A stretch of 64,000 nucleotides of DNA, from contig JABLXZ010000004.1 of NCBI GenBank assembly GCA_013177935.1, positions 340,059 through 404,058 of the forward strand. Reading direction: 5' to 3'. Shown piece after piece: positions 39,758-48,079 of the stretch. This DNA comes from a candidate division WOR-3 bacterium. GTDB lineage: Bacteria; Hydrothermota; Tepidihabitantia; Tepidihabitantales; Tepidihabitantaceae. Position numbers and translations under genes: made by a program. Each line of letters opens with the position of its first letter. The stretch's first letter is position 1. The notes under the pieces were generated by a model, which did no database searches, had not been told where the DNA came from, and saw only the letters and a program-made list of their open reading frames with translations.

Positions 39758-42700
39758 TCACAATTTTGCGCTCTCCTTATCCCCCTTATCCTTATAAACA
39801 AACGCCAACACAGCCATTGCCACGGCAAGGTTCGGGTTCAGTTCAATCGCCTTTGTAAGGTCTGCAATCGCAAGGTCATACTCACCCCTCCTTGCATAGA
39901 CAACTCCCCGGTTGTAGTAAGCCTCAGCAAGGTTCGGGTTCAGTTTAATCGCCCTGTTATAATCCGCTATCGCACGGTCATAATCACCCTTGTTTTTAAA
40001 GGCATTTCCCCGGTTGTTGTACGCCACGGCATCGTTCGGGTCCAGTTTAATCGCCTCTGTAAAGTCCATAATCGCACGGTCATAATCACCCTTGTTGTAA
40101 TAGGCAAGTCCCCGGTTGTTGTACGCATCAGCATCTTTCGGGTTCAGTTCTATCGCCTTATCGTAGTCTGCAATCGCACGGTCATAATCACCCCTCCTTG
40201 CATAGGCATTTCCCCGGTTGTAGTACGCCTCAGCATAGTTCGGGTTGAGTTCAATCGCCTTGGTAAAGTCCGCTATCGCAAGGTCATAATCACCCTTGTC
40301 ATCATAGGCATTTCCCCGGTTGTTGTACGCCACGGCATCGTTCGGGTCCAGTTTAATCGCCTTTGTAAAGTCCATAATCGCACGGTCATAATCACCCTTG
40401 TCATCATAGGCATTTCCCCGGTTGTTGTACGCATCAGCATACTTCGGGTTCAGTTCTATCGCCTTATCGTAGTCTGCAATCGCACGGTCATAATCACCCT
40501 TGTTTTTAAAGGCATTTCCCCGGTTGTTGTACGCATCAGCATACTTCGGGTTCAGTTCTATCGCCTTATCGTAGTCTGCAATCGCACGGTCATACTCACC
40601 CCTCCTTGCATAGGCATTTCCCCGGTTGTTGTACGCAAGAGCAAGGTTCGGGTTCAGTTCTATCGCCTTATCGTAGTCTGCAATCGCACGGTCATAATCA
40701 CCCTTGTCATCATAGGCAATTCCCCGGTTGTTGTACGCATCAGCATACTTCGGGTTCAGTTCTATCGCCTTATCGTAGTCTGCAATCGCACGGTCATACT
40801 CACCCCTCCTTGCATAGGCATTTCCCCGGTTGTTGTACGCCACGGCATCGTTCGGGTCCAGTTTAATCGCCTCTGTAAAGTCCATAATCGCACGGTCATA
40901 ATCACCCTTGTCATCATAGGCAATTCCCCGGTTGTTGTACGCCTTAGCATAGTTCGGGTTCAGTTCTATCACCTTATCGTAGTCTGCAATCGCACGGTCA
41001 TACTCACCCTTGTTTTTAAAGGCATTTCCCCGGTTGTTGTACGCCACGGCATCGTTCGGGTCCAGTTTAATCGCCTCTGTAAAGTCCATAATCGCACGGT
41101 CATAATCACCCTTGTCATCATAGGCAATTCCCCGGTTGTTGTACGCCACGGCAAGGTTTGGGTTCAGTTCTATCGCCTTTGTAAAGTCCGCAATCGCACG
41201 GTCATATTCACCCTTGTTGTAATAGGCAAGTCCCCGGTTGTAGTAAGCCTCAGCAAGGTTCGGGTTCAGTTCTATCGCCTTATCGTAGTCTGCAATCGCA
41301 CGGTCATAATCACCCTTGTTTTTAAAGGCATTTCCCCGGTTGTTGTACGCAAGAGCATCTTTCGGGTTCAGTTCAATCGCCTTGGTAAAGTCCGCTATCG
41401 CAAGGTCATACTCTCCCTTGTTGTAATAGGCATTTCCCCGGTTGTTGTACGCAAGAGCATCTTTCGGGTTCAGTTCTATCGCCCTATTATAATCCGCTAT
41501 CGCACGGTCATACTCTTTCTTATGTGCGTAGGCAACTCCCCGGTTGTTGTACGCCTTAGCATAGTTCGGGTTCAGTTCTATCGCCTTATCGTAGTCCGCA
41601 ATCGCACGGTCACATTCACTCTTGTTGTAATAGGCGTTTCCCCGGTTGTTGTACGCATCAGCAAGGTTCGGGTTCAGTTCAATCGCCTTTGTAAAGTCCG
41701 CTATCGCACGGTCATAATCACCCTTGTCATCATAGGCATTTCCCCGGTTGTTGTACGCAAGAGCAAGGTTCGGGTTCAGTTCAATCGCCTTTGTAAAGTC
41801 CGCTATCGCACGGTCATAATCACCCTTGTTTTTAAAGGCATTTCCCCGGTTGTTGTACGCCTCAGCATAGTTCGGGTTGAGTTCAATCGCCTTTGTAAGG
41901 TCTGCAATCGCACGGTCATAATCACCCCTGTCATCATAGGCAATTCCCCGGTTGTTGTACGCCTTAGCAAGGTTCGGGTTCAGTTTAATCGCCTCTGTAA
42001 AGTCCATAATCGCACGGTCATAATCACCCTTGTTTTTAAAGGCATTTCCCCGGTTGTTGTACGCAAGAGCAAGGTTCGGGTCCAGTTCTATCGCCTTATC
42101 GTAGTCTGCAATCGCACGGTCATAATCACCCTTGTTGTAATAGGCAAGTCCCCGGTTGTTGTACGCAAGAGCAAGGTTCGGGTCCAGTTTAATCGCCTCT
42201 GTAAAGTCCATAATCGCACGGTCATAATCACCCTTGTAATCATAGGCAATTCCCCGGTTGTTGTACGCCACGGCATCGTTCGGGTCCAGTTTAATCGCCC
42301 TGGTAAGCAGTTCTATTGCAATGTCCTCTTTCTCTATAACAAGGTTTGTCCCCAAAGAAAACAAAAATGAAAAATACTTGGTATCTTCAGGCACGCTATC
42401 AGCAACTGTTTTTAGATATTCCCGCCGGCTGTGAGAAGAAAGTCCCGCATATTTCTTTAAAATCGCATCAGTGATGACCGGGTGGGGACCGTATATCATC
42501 TCATCGTCCCGGGATATAAACCCGAACCTTTCAAGTTCGGCAAGAACCGTAGAATGGTCATAAACCTGCTCGTATATTTCTGATGGATAACCCAGCCCAT
42601 ATCTTGCAATAACAAGGATGGGCAAAAACTGTTTCTGTTGCTTGTTATCAAGTTGTAACCACAGGTCCCTAACCGCATTTTCAAAACTTGTTTTACCGCC

Positions 42701-43627
42701 ACGGGCAAGAAAGATAAGAACAGGAAACACCCCTTTTGCCAGCTGTATCGCCTTTTTATCCCCGCCGTGTTTTTCAATGTAGCGCCGGGCGTCATTCTCG
42801 GTCAGAGTTACCTTAACCTCCTCAAACCCATAAACCCCAAGGTTCTCCTTTACCTCCTTTTCCCAGCGGGAAGTCTGCTCACACAGTACAATCCGCACAT
42901 CCAGACTCTGTTGGTAAATCTGCCTGGTCAGGTCAAGAACCGCAGACTTGTTGGTCGCCGCATCGTCAATAATAACCACCCGCGGCTTATCCTGAAACTC
43001 CGGCTCAGAAAGAAACTGGAGCGCCTTCTGTGTGTCTATTGCCCCGACTCCGACAAACACATTCCAGCCTTCCTGCATCAAATCGTAGCCCAGCCGCATC
43101 AAAAGCACCGTCTTCCCTGCGCCACTTTCACCTAAAATTAGCAATCTCGTGCCCTTCTTGACCTTTTCCTTTATCTCTTGATAGCAGTCCCGTTCCACAT
43201 CAGCATTGTCAATAATGCAGTTATAAGTTGGTTTCAAACTACGCAAGAAATTCTCTTTATCCTGCTCTGCATTTGCCCGGTTTACGCTACCGATGATGTT
43301 CGGCAGAAACTCAATCCCTGACGCTTTGATATAACCTTGCCACTCTAAGTAGCTTTTGCAGGTAGCACTGAACTCCGAAAAAAGTTTTTGCAACTCCTGT
43401 TCTGAAGCCTTTGCCTTTCCTTTCTGAAGAACAGCCTCAAAAAATGAGTAAACAAGCCAGATTGGAATCAGGGTTTGCGTCGAAACCAGCGTCGGCACAA
43501 CCATCGTAATAAAGTTTTTTACCAGCGGTTCGTCTAATCCAAGGGCACTGGCAATTTTCTCTGGTGAATCAATACCCCTCTTTATCGCATTTTTTATCCC
43601 GACTAAGATGGATTGGATGTCAAACAC
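39758..43627 (-). CDS. NLR-like protein: unknown N-terminal domain + STAND-like NTPase + 24 TPRs
   Basis: Walker A GESGAGKT, Walker B VVIIDD, helical linker, then 24 x 34-aa TPRs and a truncated cap. Confidence 0.88.
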   Translation of the reverse strand: MFDIQSILVGIKNAIKRGIDSPEKIASALGLDEPLVKNFITMVVPTLVSTQTLIPIWLVYSFFEAVLQKGKAKASEQELQKLFSEFSATCKSYLEWQGYIKASGIEFLPNIIGSVNRANAEQDKENFLRSLKPTYNCIIDNADVERDCYQEIKEKVKKGTRLLILGESGAGKTVLLMRLGYDLMQEGWNVFVGVGAIDTQKALQFLSEPEFQDKPRVVIIDDAATNKSAVLDLTRQIYQQSLDVRIVLCEQTSRWEKEVKENLGVYGFEEVKVTLTENDARRYIEKHGGDKKAIQLAKGVFPVLIFLARGGKTSFENAVRDLWLQLDNKQQKQFLPILVIARYGLGYPSEIYEQVYDHSTVLAELERFGFISRDDEMIYGPHPVITDAILKKYAGLSSHSRREYLKTVADSVPEDTKYFSFLFSLGTNLVIEKEDIAIELLTRAIKLDPNDAVAYNNRGIAYDYKGDYDRAIMDFTEAIKLDPNLALAYNNRGLAYYNKGDYDRAIADYDKAIELDPNLALAYNNRGNAFKNKGDYDRAIMDFTEAIKLNPNLAKAYNNRGIAYDDRGDYDRAIADLTKAIELNPNYAEAYNNRGNAFKNKGDYDRAIADFTKAIELNPNLALAYNNRGNAYDDKGDYDRAIADFTKAIELNPNLADAYNNRGNAYYNKSECDRAIADYDKAIELNPNYAKAYNNRGVAYAHKKEYDRAIADYNRAIELNPKDALAYNNRGNAYYNKGEYDLAIADFTKAIELNPKDALAYNNRGNAFKNKGDYDRAIADYDKAIELNPNLAEAYYNRGLAYYNKGEYDRAIADFTKAIELNPNLAVAYNNRGIAYDDKGDYDRAIMDFTEAIKLDPNDAVAYNNRGNAFKNKGEYDRAIADYDKVIELNPNYAKAYNNRGIAYDDKGDYDRAIMDFTEAIKLDPNDAVAYNNRGNAYARRGEYDRAIADYDKAIELNPKYADAYNNRGIAYDDKGDYDRAIADYDKAIELNPNLALAYNNRGNAYARRGEYDRAIADYDKAIELNPKYADAYNNRGNAFKNKGDYDRAIADYDKAIELNPKYADAYNNRGNAYDDKGDYDRAIMDFTKAIKLDPNDAVAYNNRGNAYDDKGDYDLAIADFTKAIELNPNYAEAYYNRGNAYARRGDYDRAIADYDKAIELNPKDADAYNNRGLAYYNKGDYDRAIMDFTEAIKLDPNDAVAYNNRGNAFKNKGDYDRAIADYNRAIKLNPNLAEAYYNRGVVYARRGEYDLAIADLTKAIELNPNLAVAMAVLAFVYKDKGDKESAKL
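39827..42274 (-). repeat. 24 tandem 102-bp TPR-coding units
   Basis: 2448 bp = 24 x 102; near-invariant blocks TAC(A/T)ACAACCGGGGA and TATGACC(G/T)TGCGAT. Confidence 0.95.
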
Positions 43628-43636
43628 AGTTGAAGA

Positions 43637-43664
43637 AAAATAACAGAGTTTTAGACAATGTCAA
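43637..43664 (-). promoter_or_regulatory. promoter of the NLR-like gene (near-leaderless)
   Basis: TTGACA-N16-TATTTT with a TGn extension, 9 nt before the GTG start. Confidence 0.55.
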
Positions 43665-43768
43665 CTCCAACTATCCTTTCTGTCCTTCGGGCTTAACAAT
43701 AGCCTGCGCTCCGCAATTACCTAACTTCTTAACTCCTCTCCCCCTGCAAAACTCTGACGCCTTTGAGA

Positions 43769-45970
43769 TTACTCCAGAGAATCAAGTAGTTCATTGAGAC
43801 CCTCAACCATTTCCTCAGGCAGATACGCCCTCTTTTCCAGCGCCCTTTTCACCCACAATTTTGCGTTGTTTTTATCGCCCTTCCCCATATAACCTAATGC
43901 CAGCCCAGCCATTGCCTCGGCAAGGTCCGGGTTCAGTTCAATCGCCTTGGTATAGTCCACTATCGCACGGTCATACTCATCCTTCACAACATAAGCATTT
44001 CCCCGATTGTGGTACGCCTCAGCATTCTCCGGGTCCAGTTCAATCGCCTTTGTATAGTCCGCAATCGCTCGGTATAAATCACCATTATTGTTGTAGGCAA
44101 GTCCCCGGTTGTTGTATGCCTCAGAATAGTTCGGGTTCAGTTCAATCGCCCTCGTAAAGTCCGCTATCGCTCGACCTAATTCACCCTTGTAGTAATAGGT
44201 AAGCCCCCGATTGTAGAAAGCCTTGGGAAGGTTAGGGTTCAGTTCAATCGCCTTATTGTAGTCCGCTATCGCTCGACCTAATTCACCCTTTTTTGCGTAG
44301 GCAAGCCCCCGGTTGTTGTATGCCTCAGAATATTTCGGGTCCAGTTCAATCGCACTTGTAAAATCCGCAATCGCACGGTCATACTCACCCTTGTCTTTAT
44401 AGGCATTTCCCCGGTTGTTGTATGTCTCAGGAAACTTCGGGTTCAGTTCAAGCGCCCTGTTATAGTCGGCAATCGCAAGGGCATACTCACCCTTGTCTGC
44501 ATATGCCACACCCCGATTGTTATACGCCTTAGCATAGTTCGGGTCCAGTTCAATCGCCTTATTGTAGTCCGCAATCGCACGGTCTAATTCACCCTCATCT
44601 CTGTAGGCATTACCACGGTTGTTGTACGCCGCAGCATATTCCGAGTTCAATTCTATCGCCTTCGTCCAGTCCGCTATCGCACGGTCTAATTCACCATTAC
44701 TTGCATAGGCAATTCCACGGTTGTTGTAAGCCTCAGCAAGGTTCGGGTTCAGTTCAATCGCCTTATTAAAGTCCGCAATCGCACGGTCTAAATCACCCTT
44801 CCCTGCATAGGCATTTCCCCGGTTGTTGTAAGCCTCAGCAAAGTTCGGGTTCAGTTCAAGCGCCTTCGTATAGTCCGCTATCGCACGGTCTAATTCACCT
44901 TTGTCTGCATAAGCAAGCCCCCGATTGTGGTAAACCCCCGCATCGTTCGGGTTCAGCTCAAGCGACTTTGTAAAATCCGCAATCGCACGGTCTAAATCAC
45001 CTTTCTTGTAATAGGCAAATCCCCGGAAGTAGTACGCTACAGTAAGGCTCGAGTTCACTTCAATAGCCTTCGTGTAGTCCGCAATCGCACGGTCTAAATC
45101 ACCCTTATTGAAATAGGCACATCCGCGGTTGTTGTAGGCAAGAGCAAACTTCGGGTTCAGTTCAAGCACCTTGTTGTAGTCCGCAATCGCACGGTCATAA
45201 TCACACTTCTTGTAATAGGCATTTCCCCGGTTGTTGTATGTCTCAGGAAACTTTGGGTTCAGTTCAAGCGCCTTCGTATAGTCCGCTATCGCGAGGTCAT
45301 AATCAGCCTTATTGTAATAGGCATTTCCCCGGTTGTTGTAAGGCACAGCATATTTCGGGTTCAGTTCTATCGCCCTATTAAAGTCCGCAATCGCTCGGTC
45401 TAATTCACCTTTGCCAGCATAGGCAACACCCCGGTTGTAGTACACCACTGCAAAGTTCGGGTTCAGTTCAAGCGCCTTATCAAAGTCCGCAATCGCACGC
45501 TCTAATTCACCCTTATTGAAATAGGCACCTCCACGACTGTTGTACGCCTCAGCATCTTTCGGGTTCAGTTCAAGCGCCTTATCAAAGTCCGCAATCGCAC
45601 GCTCTAATTCACCCTTGTTGTAATAGGCAACTCCCCGGTTGTAGTACGCATCAGCAAGGTTCGGGTTCAGTTCAATCGCTTTTGTATAGTCCGCAATCGC
45701 ACGGTCATACTCACCCTTGCCGACATAGGCAACTCCGCGGTTGTTGTACGCATCAGCAAAGTTTGGGTTCAGTTCAAGCACCTTTGTATAGTCCGTAATC
45801 GCACGGTCTAAATCACCCTTCCCTGCATAGGCAAGTCCCCGGTTGTAGTAAACCCCCACATTGTTTGGGTTCAATTCAATCGCCTTTGTATAGTCCGCAA
45901 TCGCAAGGTCATACTCACCCTTCTGGTAATGAGCGTTTCCGCTTTTGAAATAGGTTTCGGCGTCGCTCAC
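43769..45970 (-). CDS. TPR-only protein (20 TPRs + capping segment)
   Basis: 3 + 20x34 + 50 = 733 aa; same repeat family as the NLR-like gene. Confidence 0.9.
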   Translation of the reverse strand: MSDAETYFKSGNAHYQKGEYDLAIADYTKAIELNPNNVGVYYNRGLAYAGKGDLDRAITDYTKVLELNPNFADAYNNRGVAYVGKGEYDRAIADYTKAIELNPNLADAYYNRGVAYYNKGELERAIADFDKALELNPKDAEAYNSRGGAYFNKGELERAIADFDKALELNPNFAVVYYNRGVAYAGKGELDRAIADFNRAIELNPKYAVPYNNRGNAYYNKADYDLAIADYTKALELNPKFPETYNNRGNAYYKKCDYDRAIADYNKVLELNPKFALAYNNRGCAYFNKGDLDRAIADYTKAIEVNSSLTVAYYFRGFAYYKKGDLDRAIADFTKSLELNPNDAGVYHNRGLAYADKGELDRAIADYTKALELNPNFAEAYNNRGNAYAGKGDLDRAIADFNKAIELNPNLAEAYNNRGIAYASNGELDRAIADWTKAIELNSEYAAAYNNRGNAYRDEGELDRAIADYNKAIELDPNYAKAYNNRGVAYADKGEYALAIADYNRALELNPKFPETYNNRGNAYKDKGEYDRAIADFTSAIELDPKYSEAYNNRGLAYAKKGELGRAIADYNKAIELNPNLPKAFYNRGLTYYYKGELGRAIADFTRAIELNPNYSEAYNNRGLAYNNNGDLYRAIADYTKAIELDPENAEAYHNRGNAYVVKDEYDRAIVDYTKAIELNPDLAEAMAGLALGYMGKGDKNNAKLWVKRALEKRAYLPEEMVEGLNELLDSLE

Positions 45971-45982
45971 GCCAGCACCCGG

Positions 45983-46699
45983 TTAGACTCTGCCCAGCAT
46001 CCTTTGCAGCCGGAGCCGGAGCACCAAAATGAACGCCCGCCAGATGATGCGTTTTGACATCTTGGACACGCCGGCGCGGCGCTCGGTGAATACGATGGGA
46101 ATCTCTTTGATTCTGCCGCCTTTGCGCCAGATTAAGAAGTCAATCTCAATCTGAAACCCGTACCCATCCTCGCGCAACTGGTTTAAGTCTATCTTACGCA
46201 GCATATCGCACCGGTACGCCTTGAACCCGGCGGTTAAATCGCGTACCGGACAACCGGTAACCTTGCGGGCGTAAAGGCAGGCAAAGTAGGAGAGAAGGAG
46301 CCGTTTCATAGGCCAGTTGACAATGGAGATGCCATCGGAGTAACGCGAGCCAATCACCAGGTCGTAATCTTTTAATAACGCAACCATCTCCGGTATCTTT
46401 TCCGGCGGATGGGAAAAGTCCGCATCCATCTCAAAGCAGTAGTCGTAGTTGTGCTCAAGCGCATACCGGAAACCGAGCACATAGGCGGTGCCCAATCCCA
46501 GTTTCTTTTCCCGGCGAATCAGATGGACGCGCGGGTTGGTCTGCGCCATTTGGGCAACGATGTCACCGGTGCCGTCCGGCGAACCGTCGTCAATGACCAG
46601 GACCTCAATTTCGGGCAACTGGTTGAGAACTACCGGAATGATTTTGTCGATGTTGTCCGCCTCATTATAGGTCGGCATTATCACAAGTCCGCGTGGCAC
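45983..46699 (-). CDS. polyprenol monophosphomannose synthase (GT2, DPM1-like)
   Basis: PTYNEA.NI, DDGSPDGTG, GLGTAY, MDADFSH, GSRY. Start moved to GTG 46699 because TTGACA-N16-TATTAT occupies 46705-46732. Confidence 0.92.
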   Translation of the reverse strand: MPRGLVIMPTYNEADNIDKIIPVVLNQLPEIEVLVIDDGSPDGTGDIVAQMAQTNPRVHLIRREKKLGLGTAYVLGFRYALEHNYDYCFEMDADFSHPPEKIPEMVALLKDYDLVIGSRYSDGISIVNWPMKRLLLSYFACLYARKVTGCPVRDLTAGFKAYRCDMLRKIDLNQLREDGYGFQIEIDFLIWRKGGRIKEIPIVFTERRAGVSKMSKRIIWRAFILVLRLRLQRMLGRV

Positions 46700-46788
46700 A
46701 GACAATAATAAAAATTACCCCCCTTTTGTCAAGGAGATTGCTTCGGGCTTTACCCGCAGGGTGCGAAGCAATCCCAACTCCTGCCCTG

Positions 46789-46948
46789 TTTCGGCTTCTG
46801 CTCTTCTGCTCTCTCCGGCTTCTGCCCTTCTACTCTACCCAACTTCTGCTCTTCTGCTCTCTCCGGCTTCTGCTCTTCTGCTCTCTCCGGCTTCTGCCCT
46901 TCTGCTCTCTTCGGCTTCTGCTCTACTGCGCTACCTAACTTCTGCTCT
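46789..46948 (+). repeat. 20 tandem octamers with a 24-bp superperiod
   Basis: [CTCCGGCT or ACCYAACT]-TCTGCTCT-TCTGCTCT pattern, in exact 8-nt register across 160 bp. Confidence 0.9.
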
Positions 46949-47069
46949 AAAACGCGCCCGTCTTCATTCCATTTACCACTAAGTCCTTGTATTATTTAAA
47001 CTTAGCAGTTTGTCGTCCTGTATTTCCTTGACATTGAAAATTTCTACTATAATCTATTTAATTGTGCTA

Positions 47070-47633
47070 ATGCGGACTGCTTTTCTTGTTCTACTCGGCA
47101 GCGCGCTCGTTGCCGCGCAAACGGTAGCGGTGTTTGTGCCCCACGACCTGTTCCGGGACGACGAGTATGACAACATCGTTCGGGCGCTGGAGCGGGCAAA
47201 CTTTTCGGTGGCAATTGTCTCATCCGACACCACCGCCGCGCAGGGCATTGACGGCTTGCTCATCAAGCCCGAACGGCTGCTCAAAGAGATTACGCCGGAC
47301 GAGTTTGCCGCCCTAATTCTGGTCAACGGTTCCGGTATTGTCCCCTACTGGAAGGACACCGTTTTGCAGGAGCGGTGCCGGCAGTTTGCTGCTGCCGGTC
47401 GGCTTGTTGCCGCGATTGAACTGGCACCACTGGTTCTTGCCCGCGCCGGCATCCTGAACGGCAGAGCCGCCACCGTGTTTCCGCACCGTTTCACTATCAA
47501 AGTCCTCAAGGAGCACGGCGCCCGGCATAAGTTCCAGCCGGTGGTGATAGATGGCAACATCATCACCGCTGCCCGTGCCGAACACACGCCGGCTTTTGCC
47601 CGGGCGATTGTCCGAAAACTGAAAGGCAGGTAA
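47070..47633 (+). CDS. DJ-1/PfpI family protein with signal peptide, lacking the catalytic Cys
   Basis: FRDDEY, LVAAIELAP.VLARAG.L.GR.ATVF, VVIDGNIITA. Confidence 0.85.
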   Translation: MRTAFLVLLGSALVAAQTVAVFVPHDLFRDDEYDNIVRALERANFSVAIVSSDTTAAQGIDGLLIKPERLLKEITPDEFAALILVNGSGIVPYWKDTVLQERCRQFAAAGRLVAAIELAPLVLARAGILNGRAATVFPHRFTIKVLKEHGARHKFQPVVIDGNIITAARAEHTPAFARAIVRKLKGR

Positions 47634-47636
47634 GTT

Positions 47637-48077
47637 GTGCGGGCGCTGATTCAGCGGGTTTTAAGAGCAAAGGTGACGGTTGACGGCACAACAAAGGGTG
47701 AAATCGGACCGGGTTTGCTCGTTTTTCTCGGGGTGGGCAAGGACGACAACGAAGCGGTCTGCCGACAACTAGCGTCGCGTGTTGCCCGGCTGCGCATCTG
47801 GGACGATGAAGCGGGCAAGATGAACCGCTCGCTTCTTGACATTGGTGGCGCGGCGCTGGTTGTTTCCCAGTTTACGCTCTACGCTGACACCCGGCACGGT
47901 CTGCGTCCCTCTTTTTCTGACGCCTGCGAACCAGACCGCGCCCGGGAACTTTACGAAAAGTTTGTCACCGAGTTGCGCTATCTGGGTGTGCCGGTGCAGA
48001 CCGGCGAATTTGGCGCCCGGATGGAAGTGGAACTGGTGAACTCCGGACCGGTGACGATAATGCTGGAAGAGGTGTAA
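47637..48077 (+). CDS. dtd: D-aminoacyl-tRNA deacylase
   Basis: MRALIQRV, VVSQFTL, GEFGA.M.V.LVN.GPVT. Confidence 0.95.
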   Translation: MRALIQRVLRAKVTVDGTTKGEIGPGLLVFLGVGKDDNEAVCRQLASRVARLRIWDDEAGKMNRSLLDIGGAALVVSQFTLYADTRHGLRPSFSDACEPDRARELYEKFVTELRYLGVPVQTGEFGARMEVELVNSGPVTIMLEEV

Positions 48078-48079
48078 AT

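Noticed and set aside
39758..39760. Genome-wide TGA recoding or selenocysteine
   Set aside because: TGA ends conserved genes at their normal positions (rpmB, pmbA); the paralogous residue is Trp, not Cys.
41522..42370. 282-aa antisense ORF
   Set aside because: Shadow of the TPR repeat; no independent start signals.
39604..43950. Duplicated 3' ends as a DGR template/variable pair
   Set aside because: Differences involve all bases, and no reverse transcriptase or Avd gene is in the window.
39827..45960. CRISPR-like alternation of constant and variable blocks
   Set aside because: The period is 102 bp, in frame and TPR-coding; the variable blocks recur rather than being unique spacers; no cas genes.
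39340..46000. Integrative element at tRNA-Leu
   Set aside because: No integrase seen and no duplicated tRNA 3' end (att site) found by eye.
46789..46948. CRISPR array or small ORFs (46693-46938, 46761-46982)
   Set aside because: Simple octamer tandem repeat without spacers; the ORFs are low-complexity by-products.
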